NCBI GenBank assembly: GCA_964016885.1
Contig: OZ024753.1
Span: 22,382,001-22,446,000 of the forward strand
Length of the DNA: 64,000 nt
DNA from: Eledone cirrhosa
Taxonomy: Eukaryota
Reading direction: 5' to 3'
Positions 39,831-53,243 of this stretch are shown here, one piece after another. Each line of letters starts with the position of its first letter. The first letter of the stretch is position 1. The notes beneath the pieces were generated by a model that was not told the DNA's origin, made no database searches, and was given only the letters and a program-made list of their open reading frames with translations. The position numbers were made by a program, and so were the translations under genes.

Positions 39831-41806
39831 TCTCAGTTCAATTTGAATGGGAAATTCCTGTTTCATCGATTTTCTCCGTAACCATGTAGTAGCCAAAAGT
39901 TTATTAACAGCAAAATAACGTTGTCTTTGATATGTTATTTTAAATAAGACAATGATTTGAAAAATACTACTTACTGTTAGTGGTGGTTAACATGTGTTAG
40001 AAATAAAATGAAAATGATATCTGAAAAAACGTACTTGAGAACATGACTCCCTTCTTCGCATTTTAAGGGTTTTATATCTTTTGATGGAAAACAGTGACCG
40101 TTTTCGGATTGGCATTTCGTAAAATGGTACTGTATGTTAATAGCGAAAGAAAGCTGCGAAAGAACGCAGCGAATTAAATTGATGAGTTAATATTAGAACA
40201 GGGGGAAATAACTCACCGAACGCGATAGTTTTGGGGCCCCAGGGACCACATTTTTCAAGTTAGAAATTTGAAACCTCATCTATTTGCTTCCTTGGCACTT
40301 TTTACATAGGTGTGTAAATTTCCATGTCCGTCCGACCACGTCTACTACCATTTAACCGTGCACATCTGAATTTCAACCACCGCCCATTTCACAAATATAT
40401 ATTAGATAAAGGTTATTTCAATACTGTGAAACCGTTATGCAGGACTGAAAAGGACATTATATCAGATTGCAAAACAGGAAGTACCGCTGTACACTATCTC
40501 TCTTAAAGGAGAGGGAAACGATTTAAAGAAAACTTGTTTCAATATTGGACATAGCCTTATCTACTAATACTTTGAAAATAATGTAAAGTGATTTGAAGAA
40601 ACGTTATTCTAATATACCCAGAGACAAGCTTTAACAAAAGTTAAGCGTAGTCTCACTTTCATTTGAACACACCAGACACTAATTCCCTCTGAAACAAAGC
40701 ATGCGGCCTGGATTCTGCAGCTTTGGAAGGCAGCCGAATTACGAGGACAACTCCGAGCAAAATCCCTCATTGCCAGTGTTTGCCCGTATAGAGGCGAAGT
40801 CATCCCCGACAGCAAATCAGGTTGGACGGCTCACCACCACTATTCATGCTGAAGAGTGCATGAAGAGATAAGGAATATTTAATAAATGTCGTGGTTGTGT
40901 CTGGGGCTCTCAAACCTCAAGAGGGACAGTTTTATTTATTATTTCAATCATTCAATAACAAATTAATAGTTGTTTCATGGAAATGAATTCTGAAATTCTA
41001 AGACGAAATAATACCAAAAGGGTTTCAGATGCTATGGCATTAGTAGGTTTTCCCCAAATATAAACTAAGTAAACATCTTTACTTTGGGAATTGCATGTTC
41101 GTCCAAGAGAAAACATTATTTTAGAAGTCATAGACTGCTATTATGAAGGGAGGCTTCCAAATTATTATAAAGTCATGGAGAGGAGTAGAATCTTCAGATC
41201 GTAATATTTCCACCAGGAGTAGTTATGCTGTAAAGGAAACAAATTGAATCTAGGTTATTCACCGAGGGATTTCTTTTATCTCATCATATGAAATAAAACA
41301 ACAACGGGAAATGCATATTATTTCTTCTCAACAATATCACCACATACCATTAATGGCGTGGTGAACAAATCAAACCACTAACAACACCGACTATTTCAGA
41401 TAAGGATATTGGATTACAAAGTAACGAAATAAAATCCCAAACCCACTAGATCTAAATTGATGACTTAGAGATACCAATTCCATGTACTATATCTAGAAAC
41501 AGTTGCGTTTCCAGAGTATATCTATTTCTAATCTACAATAATGCTAACATTCACAATTATCAAATTCTTACAAAAATGTATATAATTAATTTTCCCGATT
41601 GCATGTGACCTTGTTTTACAGAAAAGTACATTACTATATGTTTCTAAAACAGTTGTCTCATGTTGCCAGTTGACAGCTAATATACTCACAACGTTTTTAA
41701 CCTCTTCTCCATTTAAAGTTAAAAAATCATCATGGTAAATTCTTAAAAAAACACCTATAGTTGATCATGAGCAATTAACATAGGATGAATTATTATTATT
41801 ATTATT

Positions 41807-44800
41807 GTTCTTTGAGTCCCAGTCATTGATGTTATTTAACTGGAAAGTTCGTTGAAATGAATATCAATCCGCTACCTGCAGCCTCAGATATTCAGGACGT
41901 ATCGGAGGGTTCTTGCTGTTCCCAGCAAGCATGCCTTTTGAAGTGTTCCAAAAAGCGGGGCTGGACTAACTTTCTTTAACCATCCTTGGAAACTCTTTGA
42001 GACAGTACCTAGTGCGCCTATGACAATCGGGACGACTCTGACTTCATAGCAGTTCCAAATCCTTTTTACCTCCCACTTTAAGTCTTGGTATCGGTTAATT
42101 TTCTCCCTCTCCTTTTCTTGCACTCTCGTGTCAAATGGGCAGGCTACATCTACAATCAGGCACGATCTTTTTTCCTTGTCCAAAACCACCAGGTCAGGCC
42201 TATTGTGTTCCAGCTTCTTATCCGTCTGTATCCTAAAATCCCATAGCACCTTCACCTGATCGTTTACTATCACCGACTCTGGCTTATGCTCATACCACTT
42301 CTCAGAATGTGGTAAATTGTTTACTTTGCACAGGTGCCAATGGATCACCCTTCCCATCATGTCTCCAGCCTTTATAGTGAGTCTGGGCTAGGTGTTTACA
42401 CTCGGATACAATGTGAGCCACAGTCTCCTCTCTCTCTCCACAGATCCTACACAGTGGGCTAGCCTCCACCTTGTAAATATGGTGTTTCAACCACTTCGTT
42501 TTGAGTGCTTGCTCTTGCGCAGCCATTAGCATTCCTTCTGTAGGCTTAAAATAAGGTCTTCTTAAATAAGAGGAGACCTTAAAATAAGGTCTCCTCTTTT
42601 TAACCAGTTCCATGTCTGTGGATCTCTAAATTCAGTTTTCTCAAAGAAGGTACTATGAAAGCATTTTTCACGAAGGTTGGTCTTCCTCCTTGTCTTTATT
42701 TCCTCCTTGGACATCCCCTGGTCTATTGTCCTCTCCTTCAGTACAATTCTGAGCATTGGCTCCCTACTGTCGGTCACGTATTTGTGTAGGTTGTTTTTCT
42801 CCATCTGAACACAGTCCTCTATGCTGATAAGACCTCTTCCACCCTCAGATCTCCTTAAGTAGAGTCTATCGACTTCACTCCTCTTGTGGAACATGTTGTA
42901 GATAGTCAATAGCTTCCTAGACATCCTATCCATTTCTTTTTGTTCAGCAACATTCCATTTCAGAACTCCCGCACTGTACCTAATAATAGACACAGCTCGG
43001 GAATTGACTGCACTTATGGCATTCCTACTATTTAGATGTGATTTTAATACGCTCCTTACTCTCCTAATGTACTTAGATCTTATCAATTCCTTCATTTTTT
43101 TGTTCTTGATGTCATCTGCCTCCAGAAAACCTAAATATTTGTATCCTTCTTCAGTGTCAATTTCCTTTATCATCTCACCTGTTGGTACCAGGATTCCGTT
43201 GCTTCTGCTCAATTTAACCCTCTTCATCACTAGAACTCCACACTTATTAATACCAAATTCCATACATATATCACTGCTGAAAATACGGACAGTGTCAACA
43301 AGTACATCCAACTTCTTCTCACTCTTCCCAAAGAGTGTAAGATCGTCCATAAACTTGTATCCTGCTCTCACTTTTCGCAATGTAAGGGTCAGGGGTATCA
43401 GGGCAAGGACAAACAACAGAGGGGACAGCCTATCTCCCTGGAAGATACCTCTCTTGATCTTCACGCCACCAAAGGATTCTCCACCCGATGTTAATTCTGT
43501 TTCCTAGGACTTCATACTTTTGCTCAACAACTGTCTGATGTTATCTGCCACCTTGAAGATCTCTAGGCTTTTGGTTATCCAAGAATGAGGTACCATGTTG
43601 AATGCCTTTTGTAGTCTATCCATCCCATGGCAAGACCAGTGTGTCTCCTCTTGCAATTCCTCATTACCATCTTATCAATAAGTAACTGGTCCTTTGTACC
43701 ACGTGACTTCTTTCGGCATCCTTTCTGTTCATCTGGTAACAAGTTGTTTGTGTGGAGGTGATGGTAGATTTCCTCAGACACAATGCTTGTCAACAGTTTC
43801 CACATTACGGACAGACATGTGATAGGTCTATAGTTGGTAACATCATTACCCTTGATTCGGTCTTTCATTACCAGGACTGTGGTACCCTTTGTCAACCACT
43901 CTGGTACCTCACCCGACATCAAGCAGTCATTGAACATGGTTGTCAGTTTCGGGTGGAGGGATGTTATATTTTTAATCCAATACCCCTGCACACCATCTGG
44001 GCCTGGTGATTTTCAATTGGTTAGTTTTCTAGCCTGCCCTTTAAGAGTTTCAACTGTGATACTTAAATCAGTTTGTTGGTGTGCTTGTTCACTAATCTCC
44101 TTTTGTACTGTCTCAATCCACACTGCCTGATCAACATCCTGTTCCCAGAATGTCTTACTTGTTCCGCCTCAGGGATCAACTCATTGCCTCTTTCTTTCCC
44201 TTCAAGCTGCCCAAACAACATCTTCTGGTTGTTGTCAAACATGCGGTTCTGTCTATACTGACTGACTCTGCTCTCATACCGCCTAATCTTTGCACTCTTT
44301 GCTACAATGCGTTGCTTCAGTTCCTCTATGATAATATTTAGCTTTTTCCTCCTAGTTTTGTACTTTATTTCCACTCTATTTTTAGTGTCTATGTTTTATA
44401 GTGTCCCATTCAGTAGGGACTCAAGCTTTCCAATGTCATTTCTCATTTCCCTGATTTGACCATTCAGTCGTTTCTTCCACCAAGGTACTGATCTTTCTTG
44501 TTCGTTGTTTCCTCTCGATTTTATGCCAAGTAATTTCCTCACCGCATTTGCTGTTGCTTTGAGGATATTGTTGCATTGGTGAAGGCTCCTCGCCTCAAGG
44601 TATGGGATGACTTTGTTTACCTTAGCTGTTGTTTCTTTTAACTTTTTCCTGTCTACAAATCTTAGGTTCATAGGTTTCCCACTATCATTGTTCAATTCAT
44701 CTACCACTAAGTTTAGGATATCAACCAAATCTTGTCCTAGCCCGTCAGCATTCATCTCCTCAATGGCCGTATCTTTGTTCCAGGTATTATTTATGTCAGC

Positions 44801-45335
44801 ATTCAGATACTTGTCTGTTTCAGATGCTTCCTCCGGTCTCTCAACCTCTTCACCTTCATTTCCCACTGGCTCGTTTGCCTGGCATACTCCACTTTCCATT
44901 TCCAACCTAATCTCTCTGCTCAGTTCCTCCAGTTCCAACTCGCTTATCCATCCATTAGTTCTTATTACCCGAGCCTGCCCGGCCAATTTTTGTTCATCTA
45001 ATTTAAATAGACCAATCTCGTTCCAGATGTTATGCATCCGTTTCCTATAGCCTTTCTCCTTGGGGTTACTCTTCAGGTAACATTGCATAAAAGTTCTATT
45101 CAACTCTTTCGTCCAGTTGGTTCTTGTCCCTTTCCTTCTTCTTCCTCCAACACCAGCAGTATTTGGATGACAGCACTTGCTGGGTGGGAGTCTGTCACAT
45201 GACGTTCCAGTCTCCACTTCACCGTTATTCGAACTGTTTAGGTTCGACATTTAAACACTCATATCGAGGATTGGTGAATGTATGGTTACATAACACCGGT
45301 GATTTTAGTGTGGCACCATCACGCTGTAGACAAAC
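41807..45335 (-). mobile_element. R4/Dong-like RLE non-LTR retrotransposon, family A, near full length, decayed
   Basis: ORF fragments 45250-44396 (N-terminal WTKELN..CY..S.P...GYRKRM..IW), RT (NYRPITCL, QKGC, GIFQGD.LSPLLF, FMDD), CCHC finger (CRICG..ETVAHIVSEC), RLE (NRPDL...VDVACP...EKINRY); (AAT)n tail. Confidence 0.92.
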
Positions 45336-45367
45336 ATAAATAAATAAACAAATAAATAGATAGAAAC

Positions 45368-46779
45368 TGGACATCCCCTGGTCTATTGTCCTCTCCTTCA
45401 GTACAATTCTGAGCATTGGCTCCTTACTATCAGTCACGTATTTGTGTAGGTTGTTTTTCTCCATCTGAACACAGTACTCTATGCTGATAAGACCTCTTCC
45501 ACCTTCAGATCTCCTTAAGTAGAGTCTATCGACATGACTCCTCTTGCGGAACATGTTGTAGATAGTCCATAGCTTCCTAGTCTTCCTATCCATTTCTTTT
45601 TGTTCAGCAACATTCCATCTCAGAATTCCCACACTGTAACTAATAATAGACACAGATCGGGAATTGACTGCACTTATGGCATTCCTACTGTTCAGATGTG
45701 ACTTTAATACGCTCCTTATTCTCCGAATGTATTCAGATCTTATCAATTCCTTCATTTTTTTTGTTCCTAATGTCATCAGCCTCCAGAACACCCAAATACT
45801 TGTATCCTTCTTCAGTGTCAATTTCCTTTATCATCTCACCTGTTGGTACCTGGATTCCGTTGCTTCTGCTCAATTTACCCCTCTTCATCACAAGGACTCC
45901 ACACTTACTAATACCAAATTGCATACATATATCATTGCTGAAAATACGGACAGTGTCAACAAGCCAATCCAAGTTCTTCTCACTCTTCCCGAAGAGCTTA
46001 AGATCGTCCATGAAGAGGAGGTGATTGATGGTAAGCTCTCCTTTTCCCAACTTGTATTCTGCTCTCACTTTTCGCAGTATAATGCTCAGGGGTATCAGGG
46101 CAAGGACAAACAACAGAGGGGACAGACCATCTCCCTAGAAGATACCTCTCTTGATCTTCACGCCTCCCAAGGATTCTGCAGCTGATGTTAACTCTGTTTT
46201 CCAGGACTTCATACTTTTGCCCAACAACTGTCTGATGTTATCTTCCACCTTGAAGATCTCTAGGCTTTTGGTGATCCAAGAATGAGGCAACATGTCAAAT
46301 GCCTTTTTGTAGTTTATCCATCCCATGGCAAGACCAGTGTGTCTCCTCTTGCAATTCCTCATTACCATCTTATCAATAAGTAACTGGTCCTTTGTACCAC
46401 GTGACTTCTTTCGGCATCCTTTCTATTCGTCTGGTAACAAGTGGTTTGTGTGGAGGTGATGGTAGATTTCCTCAGACACAATGCTTGTCAACAGTTTCCA
46501 CATTACGGACAGACATGTGATAGGTCTATAGTTGGTAACATCATTACCCTTGATTCGGTCTTTCATTACCAGAACTGTGGTACCCTTTGTCAAACACTCT
46601 GGTACCTCACCTGACATCAAGCAGTCATTGAACATGGTTGTCAGTTTCGGGTGGAGGGTTGTTATATTTTTAATCCAATACCCCTGAACACCATCTGGGC
46701 AAGGTGATTTCCAGTTGGTTAGTTTTTTGGCCTGCCTCTTAAGAGTTTCAACTGTGATACTCAAATCAGTTTGTTGGTG

Positions 46780-46780
<1 letters not shown>
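45368..46780 (-). mobile_element. R4/Dong-like family A fragment (RT only, truncated at both ends)
   Basis: ORF pieces 46423-46780, 46135-46368, 45733-46113 match the adjacent copy; the 5' junction lies in (AAT)n. Confidence 0.9.
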
Positions 46781-46821
<41 letters not shown>

Positions 46822-46822
46822 G

Positions 46823-47183
46823 TTGCATTTATCTTGCTTTATGTTCATACGAGTTATCACCAAGTCACAACCAGTGACCTCAAGAGACAACAAGGTCCGC
46901 CATGTTCAAGAAAGAACATACATACTCACACATGCATCTTTAGTGTTTAGACTTGTGATGTACTTATATTGACAGAATCTTCCTTAGTATATGGGCAGTT
47001 CCCATTAGTACTATCTTTTGTATTTCTCCTATACGCGGGTTTCCTGGGATTTGCGATAAGTAATCATTAGACCCCTTAGGTATCATTCCCAGAGCGCCTA
47101 CAACCACTGGTATTGTTTTAGTTCTCAATTTCCACAGTTTTCCAATTTCTATCTCCAGGTCCTTATACTTGCTCAATTTTTCA
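46823..47183 (-). mobile_element. R4/Dong-like family B, short 5'-truncated copy
   Basis: EKLSKYKDLEIEI...IPVVVGALG...LRKILSI and 3' UTR nearly identical to 55598-55960; (AAT)n on both sides. Confidence 0.9.
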
Positions 47184-47423
47184 TTATTATTATTATGGCC
47201 GCACATGTGTGAAGACAGACAAGTCTGCGGGGGAAACGGTTCGTAGCTTTAAGCTGTTTTAAAGTGTCTTTTTTTTGTATTTTCTTGTCATTAACGAAAC
47301 TTAAGGTACACGTCTTGATTTAAAGAGAGGGATTCCTCTCAATATTCGGGCTTTAAGCCCGAATATTCAGATTTATTTTTAAAATCTTCGAAAAAAAAAT
47401 CGCTTCCCCACCAAAAGAAAATT

Positions 47424-49397
47424 ATGGAAATTTTCGACCTTGAAACGGTAAACAACGTTCAGGTCAAAAGTTTAAAGGCAGCCACTGCAGATTTCACCAC
47501 GACTACGACGGCTACAGTCATGCCTGTCATCCACTCTACTGAATGTGAAGGCAAAACTAAAAAGCTACCATCACAATCTTCTGGCATAGCAGCAGTATCA
47601 TCTGAAAACGACATCACCACCACCGCCACCACCACCACCACCACAACAACAACAACTCAGAGCAATAACGACAAAAACACCGACAGCTTCAATGTAAACA
47701 AGGATGGCGGTGGCAACAGCAAGAATGACAACAACAACATTAAGAGCATCAGAAACACCACATTTGCTGCAGCAGCAGCAGCAAAAACAAAGCGCTTATT
47801 GAATATCGATATTGATATTAGCGATAAAGACGAACAGTTAGCCAAAGCGTGGAGGCTAATTAAACGGGAGAAGTCCTGGGCAAACCTGACCATCCCGGAC
47901 GAGGCAATAGCGGCCATGCAAAGGAGGACGGTGCTCTTTCGATGTATTTCGGTGCAGACACGAAAAGTGGAACTTGCGAGCCAAGCAGAGGTAGAGGCTG
48001 CGTTGGAGTACATCGGAAGTAACATAGAGTACAAAGCAAGAGGCAAACAGTTCGGTACCATCTCGGTACTGTTCAAATCCGAGGCCCTCGCTATTAAGCA
48101 CTCGGTGATCCCCTGCAGAACGGAACGCATTATCATGCATCCGTCCTATATGGGTAAAAGGACAGTGAAGGTACGCATTCCCAGCATCCCACCAGGAATG
48201 AACATATGGTGGCTGCTGGGATGCGTAATCGAGGAGGGGACAGACACCACCCTCCTGGACACCAAAAGGACAGAGAGAGAAGACTGGTCCGGAATGGATT
48301 TGGAGATTCTTCTCCAAATGAAACCGGAGGATATAAATAACATCCCAGATTTTGCCCGCCTGCAGGACGGGACAACAATCCAACTAATGATTGACGGAAG
48401 TAGGCCACGCTGCTTCGTTTGCGGGGAAGCCACGCATCTTCAAGCCTTCTGCCCTCAGCGCAAAAATGCAGGGGGTCGCAAACCTCCTTTGTTGCCAACG
48501 CCAGTGTCAGCACGGAAAGCTGCAACACCACCACCAACAAAAACATCAACAAAAACACGGACACCAACATCAAAAGCAGCCGGATCACCACCAACACCAA
48601 AACCAATCCAAGGAGAAAACGAGGAAAGCTCTCCCACTCCCCCTACCCCCCAACTATATACATAGACAAAAAAAAAATAAATGCACACACAGACACAGAG
48701 ACACTCACAGACACAGACCCTTTGTCTTCCAGCAGCGAAGATGAAGGAAAACCCCAAAGTGCAAAAAAACAGAGAAAACTCACACAAAAAAAAGCCCCTA
48801 CAAAACACAAAAGCACACACAACAAAAAATACAGACACCACTAACGCAGACACTTCCCCAATAACATCAGCACCATCAGCAACATCGACACCACCTCCAC
48901 AATCCCCGAAACGCAAACAACCTAAACAAACACAAGTACAAATAAACACACAAATACCTGAAATTGCAGACACCACACCTACAACAAACATAGACATACC
49001 CGAAACAACACCACCAAAACCATCGCCACCACCTTCACCAAAACGAAAACAAATAAAACCACACCAACAAAATGTTAAAAACTTCGTGCTTGTCAGAAGG
49101 GCCAACGATAAACTGATGGCCCTCTTAGCGCGAAGCGAGGACATTCAAACAGAGGGGTAGATTTTTGAAATGAGCACATTTTGCGTGCCAGAAGATTTGC
49201 TTCTGGTCCGAATGTCACTCAATTCTTTCAAAGAAATTCGAGAGAGCTTTCCTCAAGACGTGGGAAACCCGAATGTGAAACCCACATCAAGACTTTTAAA
49301 GGGGTTCCCAAAAGAAACCCCACCAACCATGGAGGTCGAACCACCCGACCTTCACAAGACCCGGGAGGTAATTAAACCTTCCCTCTCTCTCTCTTAG
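47424..49397 (+). pseudogene. Tx1-like ORF1 (gag-like), open 47424-48665, then broken
   Basis: Low-complexity N-terminus, putative RRM-like block, CFVCGEATHLQAFC (CX2CX4HX4C), P/T-rich tail; continuation fragments 48681-49160 and 49170-49397 end just before ORF2. Confidence 0.75.
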
Positions 49398-49406
49398 CTT
49401 ACCAAT

Positions 49407-52400
49407 ATGGCCATATTAAGAGTAGGAAGTTTAAATGTTCGCGGCCTGGAGTCACCCTGGAAGCAGGGTCGCCTGCTCAACGACCTCCGGTCGCTGGAAA
49501 TGGATGTGATTGCCGTAAGTGAGACCAGAATTTCCGACACGCGTGCACTAGCCCCCATTTTCGACGACTATCAGATCTTCGCATCTGTTAGCAGGCCGGG
49601 AATGGGGGTGGGGTGGCAGTGCTGTTTAGGAAAGGACTGGATCTCGAGGTAAGGTCGATCTTCCGGGACCCGGACGGTAAGTTGGTGGTCTTGGATGTGA
49701 GCAGTAGCGAAGGTGGTGCCTTTAGACTGCTGGCCGCCTACGCCCCTACAGGGGCCGGACGACCTGACTTCTTTAGGCGCCTGGAGACCTTTCTGGGTAC
49801 GTCTCGCCCTTTACTGTTAGCGGGGGACTGGAATGGCATCTTAGACGCACGCTGGGATTGTGTGGGAGTAGCCGATAGGAGCGGGGGGTGCAAAAGCCTC
49901 AAGCACCTACTCAGCCAGTTCCAACTGTCTGACAGGTATCGACTAGATTTCCCCAATGTGCCAGTATGGACATGGACCAACCGAATGGGGTCATCTAGAT
50001 CGTATATAGACAGAATCTTCATTAGGAAAATAGATAGAAATAGTGTGGGCTGTCCACTTTTTAAAACGGTCGCCTATTCAGATCACAAATTTGTGATCTG
50101 TACGGTCGACCTAAATAAAACGCGTAGGTTAGGACCGGGTTACTGGAAGCTGAACATGTCATTTCCGGCACGTAAGGCTTACAGGGACCGAGTCAATAAG
50201 TTAGTTAAGCAAAAGTTGACAGGGGGATCATCAACAAGAGAGATTAGAGTAACTACGATAGAGTTCAGCAAAGAACTAGCGTTAGAGAAAAATAGAAAGG
50301 AGGGGGAGCTGGTAGATAAGTTAGACGAGGCTATTTGTAGTGGCATCGCAACTGACGTGCTAGCGGCGAGAATGGCATTAGACCATTTCTTCAATGCCAA
50401 ACACGAAGGTTGCATTGTCAGAGCTAAGGCGCGTGCGCTGAGAAACGAGGGAACTAAAGCTGTTCGATGGGCCCGCGTGGCGGAGGCGCAGCGTGGTAAT
50501 AAAACCACAATTCGGTCTTTGGCGGACCGAGACGGACACGAGATAAGCGATTCCAAGCGGATGTGTGAGGCCTTTCGCCAGCACTTTGCTCGGTTGTTCG
50601 GGGAGAGTGGCGGGTCAGAGAGAGTAGCGGATTTCAGTCCCTACCTTGACGGCTTGCCGCGCATCTCGACGGTCGACGCTGAGCGCTGCGAAAGGCCGAT
50701 TACTTCAGCCGAAATTCAGGACGCCCTTGTCGGCTGCATGAGGCGCAAGTCACCAGGCTTGGATGGCCTGCCCTACGAGCTTTACGTAAATATGCCAGAC
50801 TTGTTCTCCGAACTCCTTGAAGCACTCTACTGTAACTGGCAACAGAATGGGAGTATTCCCAGTTCTGTGAGCAGGGGAGTGGTGACGCTGATAAGGAAAG
50901 ACGAGAACAAGAGGGATACATTAGACAACTTCAGGCCCATAACTCTGCTCATCACAGAGTTTAAGATTTTGGCCAAGGTGTTAGCAAAGAGATTGGCGCT
51001 TGTCGTCGAGGATTTGGTTGGGGAGGCGCAAACTTGCGCAATCCCAGCCAGGTCCATACACGACAATCTCCACCTCATGCGATACATCATAGAGAGGGTA
51101 GGGTGTAAACCTGGCTTCGGTGGGGCACTGATCAATTTAGATCAATCGAAAGCATTCGATAGGGTCGACCATCGGTATCTGGAGTTTGTCCTCAAAGCAG
51201 CTGGCTTCGGCCCTGTCTTTAGAAGCTGGATCGTTGCAATGCACAGCGGCACACGCTCGGTGGTCAAAGTTAATGGCCACCTCTCGGAACCATTTCGGCT
51301 CTCCCGATCGGTCCGTCAAGGGTGCCCTCTCTCTTCCCTTCTGTACGTATTGACTCTCGAGCCTTTACTGCGGAAGCTGGAGCTGTTGCAGGGCATCCCG
51401 CTCGAACCGGGACGTGGAAAGGCGGTGTCGGCTTATGCGGACGACATCACCGTGATGGTGTCGAACACCTCAGAAATCGAGGTGGTCGGCACCTTATTGA
51501 AAGAATATGAAAGGTTGACAGGAGCCAAACTTAACCCGGAAAAGTCGGTGGGCTTGCAGCTCGGAACCTGGAGAGGCAAGCCCATGCCGTCCAACAGCGT
51601 CGTGGGGCGCTGGACGGACGGACCAGTAAAGTTGCTCGGGGTTTGGTTCGGACCAGACCTCCAGGTGGAAAAGAATTGGGACGAGGTAACGAGCAGAGTA
51701 GCCAGTCTCACCCAAAAATGGGCTGGGAGGAAGCTATCACTGAAAGGTCGCGCGGAGGTGGCGAATGCGTACATCGCGTCCGTCATCTATTACCGCCTAA
51801 CCGTCGTGCCTTGCCCCCGTCCGCGCCTCGTCAAGTTGGAACGGCTCCTCTTCAAATTCTTGTGGAGGGGACAAGTTCCGTTGGTGAGGCGGTCCATCTG
51901 CTGCCAGCACCCTCTACACGGAGGGCTGGGCATGCTGTGGCTAATGATGCGCAGACATGCGTTGAGGCTGCGACATCTCCAGATATTCTGCCTCAATGGT
52001 GAACAGGTGTGGTCGCCGTTTATCAGACGGGCCTTTCCGCAGCTCATTTCTTTGACTGAGCTGCAGTCCTGGGTCAAGAAGAGACCGAGACTGGGTGACT
52101 GGCACCTGGAATGTTGCCAGGCACTTACTGCCCTCTACCAAGCGGGCAATGCGATCAGTGGAACTTCCACTCTCGAGTTTTATAGAGGATTAGTGGTGGG
52201 CAAGTGCGATGACGCACTCGGAGAAGCTTTGGGCCTCGACGAAGTCGAACTGACCAGTCTGTACCGGAGGACTTTTGAGCCGGGGACGATGGACAATTTC
52301 CAGAAATCCCTCGCTTGGCAGTGCTACCGGGGGGCACTGCCGGTTCGGGATAAACTCTACAGGCACGGAAGTGCTGTCAGATGGACCTGCCCAAGATGCG

Positions 52401-52804
52401 CACAGAACGACGAAACCGTTCTGCACGCACTTGTCCAATGTCCGTGCATTACTGACTTGTGGAGTTATGTCGAACAGCTACTGTCGCGTGTGGAACGAAT
52501 CCAGTTATCGGCCGAGTCCATAGTGAAGATCGAGCCGCCACCTTCCTTAGGTCAGGAAGAGCAGGACATTTTCCTCTGTCTGGTGGCAGTTGCGAAAGAG
52601 ATTATATGGTGGACCAGGTTGAAAGGACTAAAGACAGACACTTTTCTCTTCGGCCAATCCCTCATCAACTTCTTCAAGTTTCACCTGGAAAGGAGGGTGA
52701 GGGTGGAGAGAGAAGTGCTGCCCCCCAGTACATTTGCTAAAAGGTGGGTGAATGTGGCAAGAATGGCTCGTGTGAATGGGCCTACTCTGACCATGCGCCT
52801 ATAA
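49407..52804 (+). CDS. Tx1-like ORF2 (APE endonuclease + reverse transcriptase + zinc finger) with one frameshift at ~49605-49612
   Basis: SLNVRGL, SETR, YAP, GDWN, IDRIF, SDH (APE); KSPGLDG, NFRPITL, DQSKAFDRV, RQGCPLS, AYADD (RT); CPRC...ETVLHALVQC; one G missing in a G-run compared with the second copy (PGSGGGVAVL). Confidence 0.9.
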
Positions 52805-53089
52805 GCTGGCTAACTTGAGGAGAGGGGTGCTCTCCTGGGTGCCCTAGAAGCGCAGGGTGGTTCAGGATTGGTGGGGTACCCGAATCACCCCAGGGTCGTC
52901 CATCCCCTATCGGGGAATTTATTTTGTTTTATTTTGCATAGTTTATTTTATATTTTATATTTTCATTGTTAAATTAGTCTTGCCATTGTACACTTTTACT
53001 CGACCTTATTGTAAACCCACACTGTCCCTGTCTTTGTATTGTCCCCTACATGTCGGCCCTTGTGGCTAATAAATGAAATCATTATTATT

Positions 53090-53200
53090 AATCCCGCCGA
53101 GGTTGACTTTGCCTTTCATCCTTAAGGGTCGATAAAATAAAGTACCAGTAATGTACTGGATAATTGCTGGCCTTGTGCCTAAAGTAGAAACAATTATTAT
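53090..53200 (+). mobile_element. 3' half of a Deu/Nin-like SINE whose (ATT)n tail abuts an R4-like 3' end
   Basis: AATCCCGCCGAGGTTGACTTTGCCTTTCATCC...GGCCTTGTGCCTAAAGTAGAAACAATTATT. Confidence 0.85.
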
Positions 53201-53243
53201 TATTATTGTTATTGTTATTATTATTATTATTATTATTATTGTT

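Larger units (their letters stand above)
47197..53080 (+). mobile_element. Tx1/L1-clade LINE, apparently full length, inserted in (ATT)n
   Basis: 5' UTR, ORF1 with zinc knuckle, APE-RT ORF2, 3' UTR with AATAAA (53068-53073); (ATT)n on both flanks. Confidence 0.9.

Noticed and set aside
40609-40860. Possible host exon in a GC-richer patch
   Set aside because: No recognisable protein motif or convincing splice context
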